64,000 bases of DNA, from NCBI GenBank assembly GCA_910592345.1, contig CAJVPI010000045.1, forward strand, positions 1 to 64,000, read 5' to 3'. The position numbers and the translations under genes were made by a program. Positions 24,771 through 39,157 of this stretch are shown here, one piece after another (position 1 is the first letter of the stretch; every line of letters starts with the position of its first letter). The notes below the pieces were generated by a model. That model did not search any database and was not told where the DNA came from. It saw only the letters and a program-made list of their open reading frames with translations. The DNA comes from Paraglomus brasilianum (lineage: Eukaryota).

Positions 24771-26059
24771 AATTTATGTTTAATTTTTATCATGTATTAT
24801 ATTGAATTAATTCAATCGTGTTGGCCTCATGTTTGTTAACGAGGCATTCCAACTATCGTGTATCAATTTTTTTATCATGTATCAATTTGTTTATCATGTA
24901 TCAATTTGTTTATAAACATTCCTTTTATTCTTACGCTAATATTCAGTACACAATAATAAATAATAAAAATTGGTCGTTGGTCCAGTTACCAATCCAAAAA
25001 ATAAAGTAACAATCTTGCTAGCAACTATACAACTACGAAGCGTACGAAACTTGTCGTTCCTACTAATTACATAATTATCCGATATCGTATATCGAACGCA
25101 GCAAAACGTGTAGTGTGAAAGTAGAATTTAATTCATGGACGAGGTTATACGATATTTTAAGAGATGATTTGCTTAATATTACTCAGATATAATGTCACTC
25201 AGATATAATGTCTGGTTTTGATAAAGGTTCTCTTCTTTCATAACTATTTGTCGTTCGATCGATATGGTATTATTCATAGTGTGAATACAAAACTCGATAT
25301 GAAAGATCGAAAAATATGATCAATTAATATATATTTGGTATGCAATAATGGATGCGACGAACAAACGTAAACAGCCGATTTTTCGATTTCTTGTAAGTTT
25401 TATTGTTTTATTTATTTGCGACTTTTTTATAACAGTAGCAAAAAAAATAATGCGTGGGTCAGTTTAAAGAGCACGTGCGAAAGCATATATTTTCACAGTC
25501 TCCAGGCGCGTAGCTTGCTTGCTTGTCGATTTGAAGGCTATACTAATACGTTTTTTACTATTGTAAAATAATCGGCTGAGAAAAAGCTCCATATAATAAT
25601 AAGGGACTTGCCCATGTTGGTGTCGGATAAATCCCTAAAAGCGGACATTCATACGGATGAATATTATTATCGCAATGTTTCCGTGGTTGCGTAAATTATG
25701 TGGACTTATTTGTCAATAGTGCCTCTTGAGTGTGAAGCATCCAGAAACTGTTCTTTAAGATTATACCTACCCCATCGAATACTTGACTCAATCGCTGGAT
25801 CACTTTTCCATGAGATACAATTCCAAAGGAGAATTATTTTTACACAAGAACTAGATTCTGTATCCAACAACAACCAAAGGCTGCAATGCGCATTTTGAAC
25901 TAGCCTTTTCCCGTTGGTAATTCATTATTAGCTCTTTGGCAACAGTTTCTACTATTATCCAGTGACAAATTAAAAAAATTATTCGATGACTTATGCTTGT
26001 TATTATTGATACACTGTCATCTGACTAGTTGATTTACAGTGTGTGACGAAATGGAAGTA

Positions 26060-26575
26060 ATGGCGGGGACAAAACGTGCACTCAAGCAAAAAACTATTGC
26101 GAGGGAGTATAAAATATCAAAACAGGCTGTCTCAGATATTTTGAAAAAACGTGGTTAACAATAGAGACATATACTAAATTTGTTCTCAATTTTGCCGTTT
26201 AATTGATCTAATCATTATTCAAATATTAAGCTTATTATCGTAAAATTTTATTCTAAACCCACCATCTTTAATGCAATTCATCAGCGTAGTTGGAATCGGA
26301 CGGAAATTCTTCCTCCAACTCTGCCTGAGATGACTCTAGAACGTGAATTATCAGTAACCAACTCACTATCAGCAACGAATTTATAAATCAAGAAACAACC
26401 ACTGAGGAGGGGTATTGGTATGGAGGAGGAAAGTGAAGAACTTAGTGTTGAGAAGGTGTCTGTTCGTGAAGGGCTTGAATGTGCAACGTTGATTTTATAA
26501 GTCAGAACGACCTAGGTGTAAAGCATTGAGCAAAGGAGGCAGACAAATCTTGATGAGTTTTTTACATTCGAGTCT
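26060..26575 (+). mobile_element. Internally deleted pogo/Tigger (CENP-B-like) transposase remnant
   Basis: N-terminal HTH-like LKQKTIAREYKISKQAVSDILKKR; C-terminal acidic EEESEELSVEKVSVREGLECA and RRQTNLDEFF (compare the QTTLDSFF-type tail). The DDE core is missing. Confidence 0.65.
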
Positions 26576-27420
26576 TAAATTGAATTTATTGTTAGGGTTT
26601 ATGTCACACTTGTTATATCGTGATATAAAGACGTGATTTTCTTAAATCTATTACTACTTTTGTTACACAAATAGTCAGATGACAATCGTCATTTTTTATT
26701 TTGTCACCGGATGAATCGTGGGAAATATTAGAGGAGCTAATAATGAGTGTATGTCTCATAGGAAGGTGATCAGCGATTGAGTCAAAACTACAAGTATTCG
26801 ATGGGTTAAATATTAACTTGAAGAACAGTCTTTGGACGCTTTACGCTCAGGAAGGCATTATTATTATTACGAATAAGTTCACATAACTTACGCAATCACA
26901 GGAATAATGCGATCAAGAAGATATAATATGAATGTCAGCATTTATGTCTCTCAAGTTTTCTCCATCCTGATGCTTTCTAGATCAGCAGCATTACGATTTG
27001 ACACGCGCGAACAGCATTGTGTTATGCTCGGATTGGATTGAATGTCCGAAGGCTGCGAATTTGACCATCAAAATCAACATATAGGGCTGAAAATAATTTA
27101 ACTGGGATTTAGGATGTCGAGAGAAATTAGGTTTATTGGGACGAATTGGAGGAGCAGGGTCTGAGGAAGAGAATGTATGGATATTGTCCGAATAAAACTA
27201 GCTCCGTGGTATGGTACTGCACAAACTGCTTGAAATGAGAAATTTGTAGGTGAAGGTTGAGATGGTGGTGCGTTGCAAGACCTAGAAAAAGGGCGTATTG
27301 ATAAGTAAGAAGGACACTGGTCGAAAATAGACAATTGGCTGATGTTATTAGCAATTCTGGTATGATGACAAAGCCAGGATTAGATAATTATTAGAAATTA
27401 GTTTGCAAAGTGAACTGACA

Positions 27421-27528
27421 CAAGCTGCTGAGATGGGAGATATGAGAGCGCAGTATAAATGGAGATATTGAGCAAGACATTCTGCAAGCATTTGTTCAGT
27501 TTAAGAAATTGCCGAGCAGGGATACGGT
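27421..27528 (+). pseudogene. Sel1-like repeat fragment
   Basis: QAAEMGDMRAQY / GDIEQDILQAFVQFKK / AEQGYG read across frameshifts. Confidence 0.6.
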
Positions 27529-29038
27529 TGTATGATAGCACCAGGTGTGCTTGATCATAAATGTCGATGTGTCAGTAAATACTTATACGGTTTGTTTTCA
27601 AAATGCTGTCGTATAGACATGTCATTGCTCACTACATTTCATTTCCTACGAATACTGAGGTATTAGTATATGCTTTTAAAGCGATCTTTTCGTGTCAAGC
27701 GCATAATACTATGTTTGATGCTCCTGTATTCTTTCCGACAACCTTCCTCTTTATCCGTACATCCTTTCTGGTTCTTCCTTGTAACTTCTCACTTCCAAAT
27801 ACGGAACTATCCTTTCCATACTTTCTGAGCATGGCTTCGACTTGTTTCCGATTCCACGCACTCCAACATTAACATGCCCGGGAACGTTAATTTAGTCAAC
27901 GTACTTGTTATCGAGCTTCATTGTGTTCGATTCACGCGTAAATTACGTAGAATCAAGATGCTCGATTAATCGTTCATTGGTCAAAGAAAATCCGCCAGTT
28001 ACTAAATGTCGTAACCAATTTCGTTTTGGATGCGATTTTGGGAAGTAGAGGTATGGTTAACGCGTTTGTTAATGGATGTCGCTAACAAATTATTAAACGC
28101 TCAGACTTACAAATTTCTATTTACCAAATATAGTAGTAGACATTCTTACAAATATCGGAATGGTCTTCCATTTCGATTTTCTTATTCGCACGGGTTCCTC
28201 CACTTGCGGAATTCCCTCGAAACTTAGACTTGATCGACATCACCATTATAGGTAAATATGACAAAGCGCGACATGAGACTTTAGAGGCAAAAAAAACCCC
28301 CACTTTTGGCGTCTCTTTATTTCAGCTTCCAGGACTTTCCCCGTTCCTTCATTATTGTCATAAATCACTTCATCAACTTGCTTCGCAAGTATTAACACGA
28401 ACAGGTCCATCACACGACTAAATCGCCCGTTCCGTTAGTGACTAGTACCAGAGGCATTTCCTTGTCCTTTCAAACACCTAATAAATATGCAAATAGAAAT
28501 ATTTGCAAAGTCGCATTAGAGGAAAGTTTCTCATAACTTGGTTGACGAGATCTATCTCCACTAGAGAGAACGTGAATATCCAGCAACTAAGAATGTCAAT
28601 CCTTAGTAAACAGAACTACACCTGTTCTGACAATAAGGCATGATCTGTTCAAGCAGCCACCGGTACCATTCGTAAATCTAATACAAAATCAATACTATCT
28701 TTAACACGTTGATCGACAACCAATAGAACACCTTACCTCAATTTTCTAGAAATTTCTAGGTTAGTATATCACTATTTAACCAGTTCTCGTAATATCGTAC
28801 ACGTGTGGTTTCTTAATTCACGTGCCGTCTATTGCCCAATGAGAATTCAACTTCCGTAAAAATTTTTACTATTTAATACGTTGTTTGTACGCGACCCCCA
28901 TCATAATCTTTTACTTCCCCACTCGCAAGTATGAGCTTTACTACTACTTATTACTGGTTTGTTGGCAAAACTTCACTACCAACTGATACTGACTATTTTC
29001 TGTTTTACAACCTCTAGAAACCACAGTACTTTTTAGAA

Positions 29039-29595
29039 ATGGCACAGAGCAGAGCAGTTGTTAATGTTTGATAAGCGCGACACAGGTTAGTTGGTGATAA
29101 CAATAGTGATTACGCTGTTATTAAAATACTAAATGTAAACGGTGACATTTGATTGTAGGAGCTTCAGCAGACATTTATGTTTACGGGTTTTATGACGAGT
29201 GCAAGAAATTTCTGTCTCAAATGGCGGGTAAGTTCCATAATTATACATACTGCCTTTGTTGTTTTCTGAATGTGGTCACTTTTGCTTAAAAACTCACAAC
29301 ACAATATCTATTCAAACTCTCAGGTTCGATTCCAACTCTGCGTTCTCCAAGGAGTAAACGGATTCTACGCTGCAGTGACGCGTGGAATTTGGACACACCT
29401 CATTGGGTGGGGGTGGGTGTCCGCACTAAGCAGACGTTAGAGGCCTATTTGATACAGGTGTGGGAAAACGAGGGACCTCTCATCAAACGATTTTTCGAAG
29501 TCCTTTCGGAACTCGCGCGGCAAATACAAAGCGCGAGTATTTCACATAAATATGTACCCAGGGAGAAGAAAGCTAAAGCGGAAAGACCTGGATAA
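29039..29595 (+). pseudogene. Intron-containing remnant ending in an RNase H-like (RNase HI/RVT_3-type) C-terminal motif
   Basis: Short GT..AG introns; the last exon reads ...PLIKRFFEVLSELARQIQSASISHKYVPREKKAKAERP, compare h.hVPRE.N..AD.LA. The 5' part has a paralog at 52442-52660. Confidence 0.5.
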
Positions 29596-32500
29596 TTATT
29601 TTTATGGAAGCATTATATTACTTAAACGAATTACTCATTTTGAAATGAAATTATTTGTGTAATAATATTTGTATAATAATAAACATTACTCTAATTTCGA
29701 TGATAACTGATTAAGACAGTCGACATGCCAAAAGTATAAATACGATTAAGATTTTACCAGTAAAACGTAAATCATATTCCACTGCTAATAATATTACCAT
29801 TCTGAAGCTAAATGATTGTATTTTTCTATATAAGGCAACCCGTAATGTTTGGGCATTACCATCACCATCATAAAATGATCGTAGTTGGACTTATTTTGTC
29901 AGTAGTAAAACTCGGTTTTTATTCAAACATGCCAATATGCTTTACACGTATTATGGTGTCGGAAGCCATAACTCGACAATAAAATGATATGAATTTAAAA
30001 CCTTTCAACCCCAAAAATTATATTTTTTTAGATACTTTTCTTCTTCATGATAAGGTCTACAAAGTTACCGGTCAGATTTTCAAAACATGGCCTGTATGAA
30101 AAGTTATAAGCCTTTAAACTTGGGTTACTTTTATATGATCAGTATAAGCAAAGCTCAAAATTTGAAATTAATTCGTTCATGTAAGTGAGTATAATCGATA
30201 CTGCGAACGAATGTGCAAATTCATCAACGAACAATTATAGTTTCCTTACACTGTCAACTATAATATAAAAATAATATATACTTTGACATACGTTTCAGGG
30301 TCGTTCTCTCTATTTATACAAACTCGCTTACTGTCACCTCTGTGATACCCTCTTCTAAGATCTATAGTAGCAGCTTTGACGGACATGACAACAAACGTGA
30401 ATCATTAGATAATTGTATATTTTATTGATAATTGTTGTGAAAACACGAACGTTAAGAGTGTATTCTACATGCTGTTTCGAATTTAGGTTTCTCCGTGAAT
30501 AAGTAGTTCATCCATTGGATGTCCGTGCATTAATGACTACGTATAATTGTATGGTAATTCGCACAGGAGTATCTGGCTATAATGCACTGGGCGATTTGCT
30601 GGGAATAAATGCAAGTTGGTGAAAGAATAAGTAAGACAATATCACTCATACAAAAGGGCCGAAAGCCCCCTCACACCCGTGGACAAATCGAAGGGGGATG
30701 ATTTAAGAACTATGGCGGAGGCTCGGAGGTAAGTCGTTGTTATAATAACATAGTACATGTACATCCGCCGGTTTTAGCGACGTTGAAATATGGCCGAAGG
30801 CTGCGATTACTAACAATATGGCTACGTGTGTCTTATTGTATTGTCGAACAAAAACCAACGTCAATATTAGATATTTCTCTAAAATTAAGGAGACTAGACT
30901 ATTAACTTACACAATTGTATGTAAATTGGGATACCAATAGTATACACGTAAACCGCGAATGTCCACTATATACTATTATAATATAAATATGTTAGTAAAC
31001 CTCATAATCTCACAAGCAACTTTATCGATACATAATAATTGAAATCAAGTAAATAACCTTCCAACATTTAAATTGAGCTGTTTGCCCCTATCATTAGTAG
31101 AAAGAGAAGTGATTCTGTGTCATATTCCGACAACACATTGCCACTGAATTTTTTATTGACCTTTCCTTAAATGTAGCCATTTAGGATGGGATCGTATACA
31201 GTAGTCAATGATATTACTCATGCCATGGGAACATTACTGCATCACCCCCAAAAGATTTTATCATCATAATCATGTTATGCTGTTAAACTGCAGAGATCAT
31301 ATCGACCAAAACACCATGGATCAGGTCACCTCCGTTATTGCAATAAACATTACCACCCTACTCTATAACTGTATAACCAAGATGTATTAGGAACGATTAA
31401 ATGTCTTTTCGTTTAATCGAGTACTTGCATCAATATGTGTTAATGGTTTGATAACTACATCGCTGGTACAGTATGTCGGCCTTTGTACCATACCCCGATA
31501 ATAAATAACGTTCAAGATGATATAGTGTAGGAAGTTGCGTACTTAAGTGTAATTAGCGTTATGATTATATCGAGAACTATGAAACGTTTAGATAGCATAA
31601 ATTTAAATGCTTTCCTAATTTACGGATGGTATTAGTATAGGAAGTGTAATCAGGGTTATTGATATGAACTTGGGATCGAGAACTATGCGACGTTCAAATG
31701 AATTTCCTAAAACGTTCGGTAGAAGTAGAAGCGCCCCGATGAAGACAAGACCCATGAAGTGATAATCTACAACACGTATAATTTATTTTAGAACATAATG
31801 CGCTAGCTCACAATATATTGTTAGCTGTCGGTAAATATAGTAAATGCTTGTACCTTGTGAACAAGCCAATCCAACACGATTACCGGAGTCATCGGCTTCA
31901 AAAGTTTCCATATTTGATAAGATAATATGACGAGACCTTGCATAATAAATCTGCTGACGAGGCCTTGCATAAAATCTGCTGACATGGCGTTAAACGTAAT
32001 AGTAAGTCTTGTTTGTTGCGTAACCAATTTTAAGGAATGTTCTGGCCCTTCAGCAGGCCAATCGTTTGTTTATATTACACGTCAGTATGGAAAGTCTTAA
32101 TTGACTCATAGTGAGGAAGACAAAGACATTTATCCCATTTTAACGATGGGCTGAGGCGGAAAATTGTTGCCAGTATTGTATACTGTATAAAACGTAAATG
32201 GTTAAACTCTAGCAGATGACATAAGCTCTCGCAAAGCGGTGTCGAGTATTGTTTGTTGGGGTACATCTTACTGATATTTGATAAGCACTTGATCGTAACC
32301 AATACAATAGACTTGAGAGGATCTAATCGTTGTTTACATGTAGTGTATCCCTTTAAAATATACTTCTAATAGAAACAATGAAACATCCGCAGCGTGAATT
32401 AATTAAATTATACGTTGATAAAGTTAAGCTCTTTAAAAAGTACTGCAAATCAGCTTTTCCAATAGTTTCCAGGAACATTTAATGGAATTCCCAACCTCAT

Positions 32501-33124
32501 TGCACAAACGACTACGCTATTGAACCTACCTTTCTTGGAATTGAATTGACTTGAGCACAAGGAGGCTTATTTTCAACCTGCCCGTCGTTTGTTCTATCTC
32601 TAAACACACGGTTATGAACGCAAGTCACCAAAGTCTTATTCTGTTTGGGCAGAAAAAAGTGTTGGCGATTGAGGATACTACTGTTCGAAAGTATTTCCTC
32701 GCCGTAAACTTACAAGATCATAGTTGCTTTTCGTCACAGTAGTATCCTAATTTGGTATGAATGCCATCTTTTTTTAAAATGTGTAAATTAAGTATCACAA
32801 ATATTGCGCCTGCATTGTCTTAAATGGGCATGTCATAGAAAATGAACAAACAATGCTTATTATTATCAGCGTCTATAATCATTAACGAGTTGACTAATCT
32901 GAAATGTTTCTATTGAGAATACACTTATGTGAATAAAATAAATTTAATTGCCAGACATTTTTTTAGAGTACACTCAGTAGAAAAAACAACTGATTTTGTC
33001 ATTGCACAAATTTAAAATTGGGCATCACGGGATCCAAAATTTATATTTAAGCTCGCGAGTGACGACGTTTTTTGCTCCAGCCTTATCGGCTAATATCAAC
33101 AACCAACGATATCCATCCATCAAC

Positions 33125-33335
33125 ACTCTCATTACTCTCCGCATACTCTCCACATACTCTCTCCACATACTCTCCACATACTCTCTCCACATACTCTCTC
33201 CACTCCACATTATACATTACTCATTACTCTCTCCACATTACTCTCTCACATTACTCTCTCCACATTACTCTCCACATTACTCTCCACCCCATTCCATATT
33301 ACTCTCCACTCCATTCCACATTACTCTCCACTTCC
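33125..33335. repeat. Degenerate CTCTCCACAT(T)A tandem repeat
   Basis: Directly visible; it explains the spurious S/H/L/P-rich ORFs at 32996-33374. Confidence 0.9.
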
Positions 33336-33678
33336 TGCCACTCACTCTTCAAAAATGATTTTCGAATCCAGTAATTCAGCCGAGTAAGTTATTTCGGTCC
33401 GAATTCTACTGTATTAGTTAGTATCTAGCGTTTGATAAATGTAGTTGCACAAGATAATATGCCATTCATGTGATTATGCATATTAACCTTATTAATAAAC
33501 CACGTGATGCCTAATCATAAATATAAATGTTGCTTTTAGTCAATTCCTCTCACAAGAAGACGTAATAATAGTTAGGGAGGTTAAGAAGCAATACACTTTT
33601 TGTGACCGCTCTTAATTGGTTTTGGTGCAATGGTTTCCACAAACGTGCTCTCACCACCGAAATAATTAATTGATTTAG

Positions 33679-35050
33679 AGTGCGGAGAAGAACGCAGAAG
33701 AAAATGAAGAGGAAGAAGTGGTGCTGCTTCGGGGAAGCCAATCTACGCCAGAAACTGGCATCGAGGAAGAACGAGGTCCTGCTACTCGAGCAACAACGAC
33801 GTAAGTAAATTACAAGTCAATACACTATAGTATTCTGTAACAAGCTAAAATAAGACAATATGTACATCAATTAGCGCCACAATCGAAGAATCAGTACAGT
33901 CCAGAAGTAATCTTGATAACAGAACCACCGCGGGGATATAATACCACAGACATTCAAAATCAAATTGTATGTCTTTTTTTTCCTTTTCTTTTTTTTTTAC
34001 ATTTGATTTCGCAAAGGGATATCGGTTTTTTGGGGTAATAGTAACCAATTGATATGAAATCTGTAGAACGTAATAAATGATAAGTCACGAAATATCAATA
34101 ACGCTCGAAACCAAGCGCAAGCCGATCAACAGGCGTTAGTGCTTCAGGATACCGCAGAGTAAGTTAGTTACTTTGGATTATAATTATAGAAAGATGAGAA
34201 GTTTAATCGTTATTTCGATATGATTTTATTTATTCATATATATCAAGGCTCCAGTATCTCGCTGTCGTGGACGAACGGCGTTTGGAAGCCATACGCGAAA
34301 GCGATCCGGATATGTATGAAGCAGTATACTGGGTCCAACGCAATCAAGATCTATTCGAAGAACAAGTTTTCTCCCCAATTTTTCTGGAAATCAATGTGAA
34401 AGAAGAAAGATTTACAGATGTAATTGAAGCCGTCGCTGGACAGACCTTACTAAAGGTTTGTACGCTCTCGATACTAAAACCTGTCCGGAAGCTCTTTACT
34501 AATAGATGAAATATTCTCTCTGTTGTGTTAGATGTTTGTGTGTCAAACACTAGAAGACTATAGATTATTTGTGAATGAAGTAATAGACTCGCAACGTTTG
34601 CGCGTGAATGTTATATGGTGCAAGGATAGAGTCTTACAAGATTTTAGGCCGCCAATTCCGCTCCAAGAGGTTTGTCTTTGCTTTATCTCACATAATGTGC
34701 GTTGAAGAGCCTATCCTATATATTGATAAGTTGTTCTTTGAGTAGTTGCAACAGAATTACGGTGTGGAGGCAAACTTTCATGCCGTGGTATGTGTCTTTG
34801 AATGCTGTTACAATACTATTACATGCTCTTTTTGCATTACGTCGGGTATCGATCAATTTCAAATATACCCCCTTTACTCTATTGCTAGCCTTACGCCTCA
34901 GGCGAAATCAACTTCCTAGAATCAGCGAGATCCTTTGAACCTTTCACTTATATTTGCAGCATTAGATCGAATTAACGACATATGGAGGGCTAAGAAATTC
35001 GTTTCGAATGAATCACGCAGAATTTCTGAGGACTCGGTGGCAATAAAAGC
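33679..35050 (+). pseudogene. SMC5: SMC5 coiled-coil/hinge fragment with introns retained
   Basis: In-phase spliced exons at ~34067-34158, ~34248-34455 and ~34532-34669 give DERRLEAIRESDPDMYEAVYWVQRNQDLFEEQVFSPIFLEINVKEERFTDVIEA...MFVCQTLEDYRLFVNEVIDSQRLRVNV..., typical of the SMC5 hinge. No Walker A or B head regions are visible and the downstream exons are deleted or degenerate. Confidence 0.85.
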
Positions 35051-35739
35051 GTTTTTTAGGAAACTAAGAAACTTCAAATATTTCAAAGGGTAACGTAATG
35101 GTCATCAGCGCGTTAACTTGACTAACGCTACCTGTATTCTCAAATCTTGCGTCGACTATTACAAATAACGTACCGAGAAATAAAATACTCTGTGCCCAAG
35201 CTTCGAAATTAGACTCTTAACGTAAATTCTTGTGTCTCTGTAATGCAGACAGAAAGTCGTACAGTATGAGTATATCCCGTGATCAAACGCAGCTAATAAG
35301 TTCGACCGACAATTTAGTTTGCGTGTACAGTGCCCTGCCAAAAGTGAATTGGTCACTACGAAATTTCGTTGATCAAATGCTAATAGTTGCTCACCGAGCG
35401 GAATTATTTTGATGGCTGATGGCAATTAATTCACTATCATCAAATTATATATAGTCATAGCATTTAACAACAGTGCCGCGTCACGATTAAAGAACGGGGA
35501 TCGTCACGGATGTATGGAGGATTGTACACACGAGGAGACGATTATAATAAACCGCCTTCACCTCTCAAAGATCAATATGCAAAGCTTTACTTCGTCAAAC
35601 GGTCTCATATGAAAATACACTCAAGCTGATAATTGCGAAAATCCAATTAAATTAAAATCCAACAGTAAGAAGCCTTCGACATTGCCAGAAAGCTAATTGC
35701 TCTCAAGCAATATAATATAATGTATAGACAATGTTGGGA

Positions 35740-35800
35740 AACCCCCATCGTAATTCACACGCTTGCAATTAAATTCGGGTTAACATCGCGTTCTCAGTCG
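35740..35800 (+). pseudogene. Possible R3H domain fragment
   Basis: PIVIHTLAIKFGLTSRSQ resembles R..vH.lA..fgL.S.S; the R position is Pro (ccc, one change from cgc). Confidence 0.4.
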
Positions 35801-37339
35801 CCCACCTTCCCAATCCTTCTAAAGCCCCTTGACAACCCTTTTTGCGCCTGGCTGCGAATATTAATACTTTCGCTACGGAACTTGACGGCTTTGGTTTCAT
35901 ATAGGCTGGTAACCCATTAGTACAATGGCCTCTTCGTCTAGTAAGTTTCAGTGGACGATTCGAGACAACAAGAGGAACGCGAGGATGCTGAGAATTCCGT
36001 GTGAAAGCTGGGAAAGAGGATAACTTAAGAGCATTGCTTGGTAGTGTCGATATACAGCAGTATTATGGGAAAGGGAATCAAAAGTTAGGTATACGAAGAC
36101 ATCCGGATCCGGTATATGGAAAGTTTATAATAATAAGAGACTCCGGCATAAACAAAGAATTTTCATATGAAACGAACGGTGCGCAAGAATCTGTCCGTGA
36201 GATTCCGGTATTAGTATATACATTTCCGGTATAAACAGATTTGTCATTTTATTAAACATACAGATATAGCGATCAACTATATAAACACGATTACAGCAGT
36301 AGTGCCGTTGTTAATTGTATAATATTAGACGAAACCTCCCTCGTCTATCCATACATCTTCTTCTTTTTTTTACAATCCGTCCGTTTGTCTTAACCCAAAA
36401 TTCCCATTTGAAATAAAACCGATCTCTCTGGATTTCCAAATCCTTCACTTAGTCGGCCTTCTTCGGTCCCTTGTGTTGATTTGATATTCGAACGCGCAGT
36501 CTTCGGACAGTCAGTCTAATCCGAGTATTATGCATTGCTCAAAAGCTCAGAGATTATCTGGGAAGCTTCGGTTGGAGATATTAAACGTGAGCATTTATAA
36601 TGCCTTGAACGTGAATTGTCCACCGAGAATATAGTAAGAACAGCGATATATTGCTGTAGAGTCATAATTGGTGGCAGCACATCGTCTGAATATGGGATGA
36701 ATATAACTTTTATATTGATTGTGTGTCGCCATATGCAGCAGGCTGTCTTGTAGTGTTGTTTAGTGGGCCAAAGACCATGTCGTTGTATGTGGCAGCAGCG
36801 CGTCGTCTTGTATTCGGCAGCTGTGTAGCTGCGAGCAGAAAGTCGTAGGCTGGTCAATTTGCAGTATTGTGATAGATATCAATAACTGCTGGACCATTCG
36901 TAAACTCCCTCATTATTAATCTCCAGTTTCTAAATGTTACGAAACAGAGAGTCTATGTGATGATATTGATATTTGCTCAGTGGTAAGTAGTAAAGCTCAT
37001 ACTCATTAACTTTAGTTCCATATATCCCCCATTCAATATCGCCATAACCCCCTATTTATTGCATTATCAAAGTGTTAACATAACGGACTGTTCACTTTAA
37101 ACAGTATCGAGTCAACTGACAAAATTACCATCGTCTCGTCTCCTTAAACTAGAAATTTTTTTACCAAGGCAAATAAAGTAAAAAATCTGCAATTATCATT
37201 GGATGATAATTGTAACGTGACCAAATATAGCCCTTTTTGACAAACTGTGAGAGTCTCGTCCAGAAATTTCTATTAATATTAATTTAACTGAAGCCGAAAC
37301 TGAATTAAAAATAATTTCTGTCGATAATGACTTATCAAC

Positions 37340-37800
37340 GACCCGGACAACCTCGAAGAACGATTCTGGATGTTGTATTTGCTTAATTGGAATTATTATG
37401 AATGCCCGTATTTTATCTCTACGTGTCCCTTTCTTCGCCAGCATCCACCAAAGCATGCTTAATGCTTCCTGGATCAACGTTACAATTTGAGGTGTGGATC
37501 AAGAGTACGCCCCTGCTCAATCTAGACTGCGCGATGTTATAGAAGTGGAACCAGAGTGTGAGAAAGTGGTCAATAGGGAACATGCGAACACAATACTTAC
37601 TCAGATACCGCGACGCTACGAGTTTGAATATCAAAGCAATGAAGATGATGCAACTAGGCATTAGGACAGAGATTGATTTTATTATTTCAATGAAAGAACG
37701 AGAGGTCTACGGAAGGGGACATATGGATATAAGAATATTTCTTCCAATATTTATAATTGCTACTAGCTCGGTGTATGATACTGCACAAACTGCCACGAAG
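37340..37800. repeat. Dispersed direct repeat / paralogous pseudogene segment (partner 49180-49745)
   Basis: caccaaagca..cttaatgcttcctg.atcaa and the identical gcgatgttatagaagtggaaccagagtgtgagaaag occur in both copies. Confidence 0.85.
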
Positions 37801-39157
37801 CATGACCGATGGGAGTTTAGTAAAGATGAAAAGATTAAGTTCAAGGCGATGGTGAAAATGAAGAGTAGATTGGCCAGCATGCTTGTATATCTCATTCTCG
37901 ATTTGGGTTCTCACTTATCCATAACTTATTGGCATTGATATGCTAAGCCTTGTTGTTTCTATAAAGGCCGTAAAACAGCGCTTACGTGCCAACTGATTTT
38001 TTGGGACTAGTATTTACACAAGTCATTTTGATGATATTTCCCTTTCGTGTAAGACAAACTTTTTATCCTCCTGCAAGTTCAGTCCTGTACTTTCAATATG
38101 AACGCCAAGTAGAAATTGCATAAAAGTCAGGGTTAGAGTTACAGAACAATATAAGAAGTTGCCGCAACGCAAGAGTAGATTACAGTCCACGACGAAATAC
38201 TGGCGGGAATTTGAAATGTACAACTTTGTTCTTATTATTTTTTTACTCGACAAAAATCAACACTGATAGCATAGCAAGAGCCCGATCGTCGTAAAGAATC
38301 ATTATACGCAACATGCCAGAGTATTTAGAAATGTATTGATCTTATCATACGTTTACACAACATACATGCTCAGGACCAAGAAAATTCAGCCAACATAATT
38401 TAGTTGGCGCCACTGAACGCCTGAATTGAGAAGTCGGGATTGGTGTGGCCAGGTAAAGTTAATTATGAATTAATCAAATATTAGAAATCAACGTATTATT
38501 AACCTAATATCAATATTTCAAATTTACTTTTTCATCAATCCTAACCCCTAGGTTCTATTTTACAACAGAGTATGCTCCCAACAAGCGCTTAATCTCAATG
38601 AAGCACAATATGAGTTCGCATAGGCGCGATACGTTCTTGTAATCTTTGAGAAAGAGTGGAAAGACAAGTTAGAAGGAGAACATTTTGGACACTGTGTAAT
38701 GCTCAATATTACTCCGTATAATACTGCCCAAACTACTGGTCGGAAATTGAGATTATAGGATTATTCACAATCCTGGATCTTCGCAATCATCAATCCCCCA
38801 CGATAATTTCGAATGAAAGTCAGACATGCTATTCCTGTCGCGTAAATGGTTTAGAAGCTAAAGGCGAACTGGAGCGGGGTCTGAAGAATCGAACGGTAAT
38901 GAGGTGATTATATCAGATGAATCGAATCTCCAATTAAAAACAACACTCCTCGAAGAGTGCTACCTTATCAGAACCCTATTAAATAATTCCTCACATAAGA
39001 ATTTGCGTATCTTCAGGAAAAGCCTTGAGAAAACATTCATTGGTCCCAAATCTGCTTTTTGCCAGACTCGCTAGTACAGACCCTTGAAAGACTCATCAAG
39101 TCAATCTGCATAATACAACGTTCCAGACTCCCCCCCAGGCAACAAGGACTAAATTCT

